From contig NC_088860.1 in NCBI RefSeq assembly GCF_963853765.1, positions 30,628,001-30,692,000 of the forward strand: 64,000 nucleotides of DNA. Reading direction: 5' to 3'. A program made the translations under genes and the position numbers. Below are positions 59,573 through 64,000 of the stretch, piece after piece; position 1 is the first letter of the stretch; every line of letters starts with the position of its first letter. The notes below the pieces were generated by a model, which saw only the letters and a list, made by a program, of their open reading frames with translations, did no database searches and was not told where the DNA came from. The stretch is from Magallana gigas. Lineage: Eukaryota.

Positions 59573-62500
59573 GTAAGTTTGTTTTTATATGAGAGGTAAT
59601 CAATAATTAGACCTGATTAATATACACTCACATGTCTATTTTATAACCATTTTGTTGAATAAGATATCACAAAGTAGTTCATAACATTTGAAGCTGATAA
59701 CGAAATTGAAAGTTCAGTGTTAACATGGTCAAGTGAGTATTCATGGTAAATGTACTATGGAAACACAACGTCCAACAGTCGAATATCTTTATAAGATTTT
59801 CACTACATTTTAAGGTATCTCAAAGTATGTGCTTCTATATATAATTCTCTGCCAAAATGATTTTTTTTTAAATTAAAGGCTTGTTTTGTAAATTTTAATA
59901 GATATAAAAAATTTGCATGTTACACGACTCCTTAATGTTTGGGGTTCATATTTTTCAACAAATGATAAAATGCTAATTTGAGTTTTCTTCATCTTCGCTA
60001 TATAGCCAAAGGTTTTCAATCTACTCGGCTACAGGAGCAGAGTAGATCACCTGGAACCCTTTGTTAGCAAAGATAAGTTCAGTTATTAGGTGCCTACTTA
60101 ATTATTTAAAAAATGAAGCAAGTATAACACAAGATTGAAAAAAAGCTTAAGGTAAGGATAATTAACTATGGCATTACAAACATTGGTACATTAATAACTT
60201 GGAAATTGTGTAATTTGTAAATAATTAAACTCTTGCTAAAATGCAATTATCACATTGTGTTATGTTTTGAATATTTGTGAAAAAATATTTTTTTTTTTGG
60301 GGGGGGGGGGTATTCTATCATTAAGCAAATTTGGCATTAATTAAAAATTATGATTACAGTTGACAATTAATTTTGTTGGCATGATTTTGGGATGGATTAG
60401 ATTTTTTGATTTTGATAAGTGAATTTTATTTTGGAAACATTTCTAAGAAAAAAAACCATAACTCTGTTTGGTATGCACTGAAAATCTGCTTTAAAAAAAC
60501 ACCAAAAAACATCTAGTACATATATATAGCCTATACAGGATTTAAGAACATTCCATATTAGGGTAACTCCAGAACAAATTTTCAACAAGCCAGTAAATCA
60601 CCACTCAGACTGCTGAAAACTTGGCCGTTGGTCAGTAAATCTGACATTTGTTTCCTAACTGCCTGATGTGTAATGTGTAGCAAACAAAGTCATTTTGTGA
60701 CAACATGATGTGGTTGTGCATAAATGAAATAAAACTAAAGTAAAAATACCTTTTATTACTTTTTCTGATGAATTTTTGTTTGGTACATGTAGTTTTTCAT
60801 TGTAGACAAGTTATATTTTAATGTTTTGTTCATAACGATTCTGTTGTTTGCATGATTCATGAAAGCATAGCTGGTTGGGTTAACAATTTTTAGCAGGAAA
60901 AAATTCAGTTGTCTTAAAAAGGTTATGGAGCATTAATATGGAGTATTTTAAGAGATAAAGATAGAAACTTGAATCTGATGGACTTATTTTGCTAACAATG
61001 GCTAACATTATTGATATGTTTACTGGTATTCTTACATGAAAGGTTGCTCATAGATGTACCGGGTAGTTAGGTCTTGTAATTATAATGTATTAATATACAG
61101 AAGCCAATTTACAAGTCTTATTTTAATTAGATCGACCGAACAGAAAAACCTAAAACAATTCTTCCTGAAGTGTATGTAAAAATCATTAGCTACTACATTG
61201 TTATTACAAAATGATTGTGTAACTGATGGAGTAGATGACCTCTATTGATTTTGAGGTCAAAGGTCAAAATGCTCTGGAACTTTCTCAGTATCTCAAGAAC
61301 CCCCTATCATATCTCAAGGTATAAGGTCAAGGGTCAAGCAAGTGTGAACATTTTCTACGCTTAAAATACATAGAATTTCTATCAAACTTTGTACATTGCC
61401 ACATTTGAAGGAGTAGAGATTCAGGTACTTTTGATTTTAAGGTCGCAAAATCTACCTATGACAAGAAAAATAGTTTGTGCAGAATATCTATGAGATCATT
61501 TGCTTTTCTGCTTAGTGCCATGTGAAGAAGTTGACTCTTTCCAACATTGCTTCTTGGGGGAGGGTTGGGGTGTAGGGGGATATGTGTTTTTAGAATATTT
61601 CTTATTCTTCATAGTATCTCTTTTTATAATATTTTGGTTCCAAAAATATCATTAAAGTAACAGAAAGTTCCATTTAATACTTTGTTGTAAGAAGCTTTGA
61701 AGAAAAAAAAAATCATGTTACAAATGACTTTGGTAAGATGACACTGGTTACTTCTCTCTGTGCAGTAACCAAGCTCAAATTTACAACAGGTTGACAGATG
61801 TATGTGGGCCCAGTCTATTGTTGTGTGTAATTTGATGGACAGGAATAAATTCAAAAGCTGACTTTTTACCTGATCCACTATAGCCAGTGTGTTTAATTTG
61901 AGGATTACTCTGTCATTGTTCTCCCCAGTTTAAATAGCTTCACGTTCATTCTGACCTCTCGCTGTGGTTTAAATGCCATTTACCACATATTGACTGGTAG
62001 ATCTACATATGATATACCAGTACGTATGTTAAAAAGTAAGTTAAGACATTTGTCAGGTTAAAACCAAATTTGCATAAATATCTGTCCTTTGTATAGATTG
62101 ACCTTGCAATGCAAATATAATAAGACAAAAGAATGGTATTTAACTCAGGCTAAACCATAGACATACAGATAATGTTTGCAGAAGTTCGGGGGGGGGGGGG
62201 GGGGCATAACCCTATTGATTATGTTAAGGCCCAGTAGTATGAATATTCTGATTCTCTGAGTTTGGTGTTTGGGTCACTGAAATTTCAGAAGTTTTTTGCA
62301 GCAGGTGATATTTATTGATTTCCTAAGCTGTTAAAGTGAACACTGACTGAGGTCAGCTAAGTTGAAGTGGCCGATTATATGTACAGGGCTCCTGTTACCT
62401 AGATAGTGGTAAAGGTATATATGCACAGATATCTATCACCTACATGTAGATATTGGGAGAGGACGTGCACAGCTTCCTTGATTGTCTTTATCAGGTATGT

Positions 62501-64000
62501 TCTCCACCAGTAGCTAAAAAACTGAGGAACTGTTGTTTTAACCTAGTAAGAATGGCCAGGTCCAATCTCAGCTTATTACCAGGTAGATACACTCTTGAAA
62601 CTGAGTCGCATGTTCCTACGAAAAAAAAAAGTATTTTAACAGTTGCTTGTATGTATGTCATTTGAAACTTTGCTCTACCAGCAAACTGTGTTTTAATGGG
62701 AGGAGTTTTAAAGTAGTTTATGTGTGGTATTATCAGTCATCCTTTTACAAGTAGATAGTGTAGCAAGTGCTCCTATATATTGTGTTATTTTAGATTGGTT
62801 TGATCTTCCTGGCGAATAGTTTAGATGTTATTTCCCTGCTGGTCCGTCTGTCATACTGTTTTTGTTCATGCCAGGTTCATTTCATGTTGAGGTACAATTA
62901 AAAAAAAATAAAAATAAACGGGGTCATGAGAAGGACATGAAAGTTGTCAAATGAAGCAATTATTCTAATGAATGAAATTTTAAAATAGAAATGTTTATAT
63001 TTATAGCTTCGTCATAACATTTTGTCTTGAATTGCATTTAAGATAGGATAAGTAGCAATGACACACAATGGAACAGAAAAAAAAAGAATAAGTTGTTTCC
63101 AAATGATGGTAGATGTGAGAATACCTTCAGGGTTAAGTAAATGTTCTCAAGTGTGTACAAAAAAAATAAGCGTGGTCAGCAGTTTTAATTCAATTTAATT
63201 TCATTTTGTTACAGTCTATATTGTATATACTGATTTGATTCAATGATTTCATTCATAATTATCATGCTTTTTTGTCTCAAGTGTATCAGAGCTGTGTAGA
63301 TAAAAGTGAATGATTTAGATATACATGTACTTGTAAATAAAACAGGTATCTGTTATGTGACTATTTAGACATCATATCGTGTATTGATATAACATTATAA
63401 CTACTGATACTGATGTTACACCTGTACAAGTACATGTACTTAGCAATGCAAGTAAAAAATTTAAAATGAATATTTATATATACCAGAGATAAGATCATGA
63501 AAGTGAGTTCACTTTTAATGATGTGAAACTACAGGTAGATGAAGAAGTTTAATGTGGCTGTGCATGAAAAAAGCTAAACGGATAGAGAGCAAGTTTGTTT
63601 ACTCTGCCTGACTTTTAACATGGAAATGGAGAGGGGATGAACCCTTTGAATAAATAGTTGTCAGCTAATGTTGTTTGTTTCAAACTCTTGATTTTTGGGA
63701 CCAGACAGAGGGGGGAAAAATGAGGGGGGAAATTGGTTATTTGCAGACAGCAGACTGGATGGGTTGGCCCTGTAGCATAGATGGTGAGTCAGAGTCTCAG
63801 TAACTCTGGGTACAGACCGTGACTCTTATCAGTGGGTGAAGCCTAGAGCCCAGGTACTGTCAAGGGATATGATAGACTCATGAATTTATGATATGTGTCT
63901 GTATGTGAAAAAATTATTTTGCATAAATTTCTGTATACTTGTGTGTGGGTGTTGTGAGAAAGTGAAATAAATAGAAAGAGATGGTAAAAATGATAGGTGA

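Noticed and set aside
59600-64000. Short ORFs and scattered GT/AG sites at the right end
   Set aside because: No phase-consistent exon chain or recognisable peptide; looks like intron with repeat fragments (e.g. ~61230-61560).

Overview
AT-rich, intron-rich animal DNA, most likely an oyster-type bivalve. This is inferred from a ~166-bp HindIII-site satellite carried inside a Helentron-like element. I assembled exons by hand from GT-AG sites and frame continuity. Genes left to right: (1) first coding exon of a TSPAN33-like tetraspanin (-, runs off the left edge; absent from the ORF track); (2) CEP19 (-); (3) head-to-head with it, a 25-exon EMSY (+, ~1197 aa) whose reading frame continues into a complete C-terminal bromodomain; (4) an AP-2/TFAP2 gene with an intronless CDS and its own CCAAT/TATA promoter and poly(A) signal, nested on the same strand in EMSY intron 19, which separates the ENT-containing part from the bromodomain; (5) two convergent copies of an unrecognised ~350-aa charged protein gene on ~2.6-kb inverted arms (20.9-23.5 kb and 38.5-41.3 kb), enclosing a ~15-kb transposon-dense spacer with a further unrecognised multi-exon gene and a 138-N gap; (6) MOGS (+); (7) ZRANB1/TRABID (+); (8) a probable promoter and first exon at ~59.5 kb. 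Repeats include several MITE types, a Helentron-satellite element, a decayed RTE LINE, tandem Penelope-like fragments and an inverted pair of tRNA-like heads. The strongest candidate for an undescribed system is the EMSY-bromodomain / nested AP-2 locus. Splicing EMSY exon 19 into the AP-2 acceptor would give an EMSY lacking the bromodomain. All novelty statements are from memory; no database search was run.
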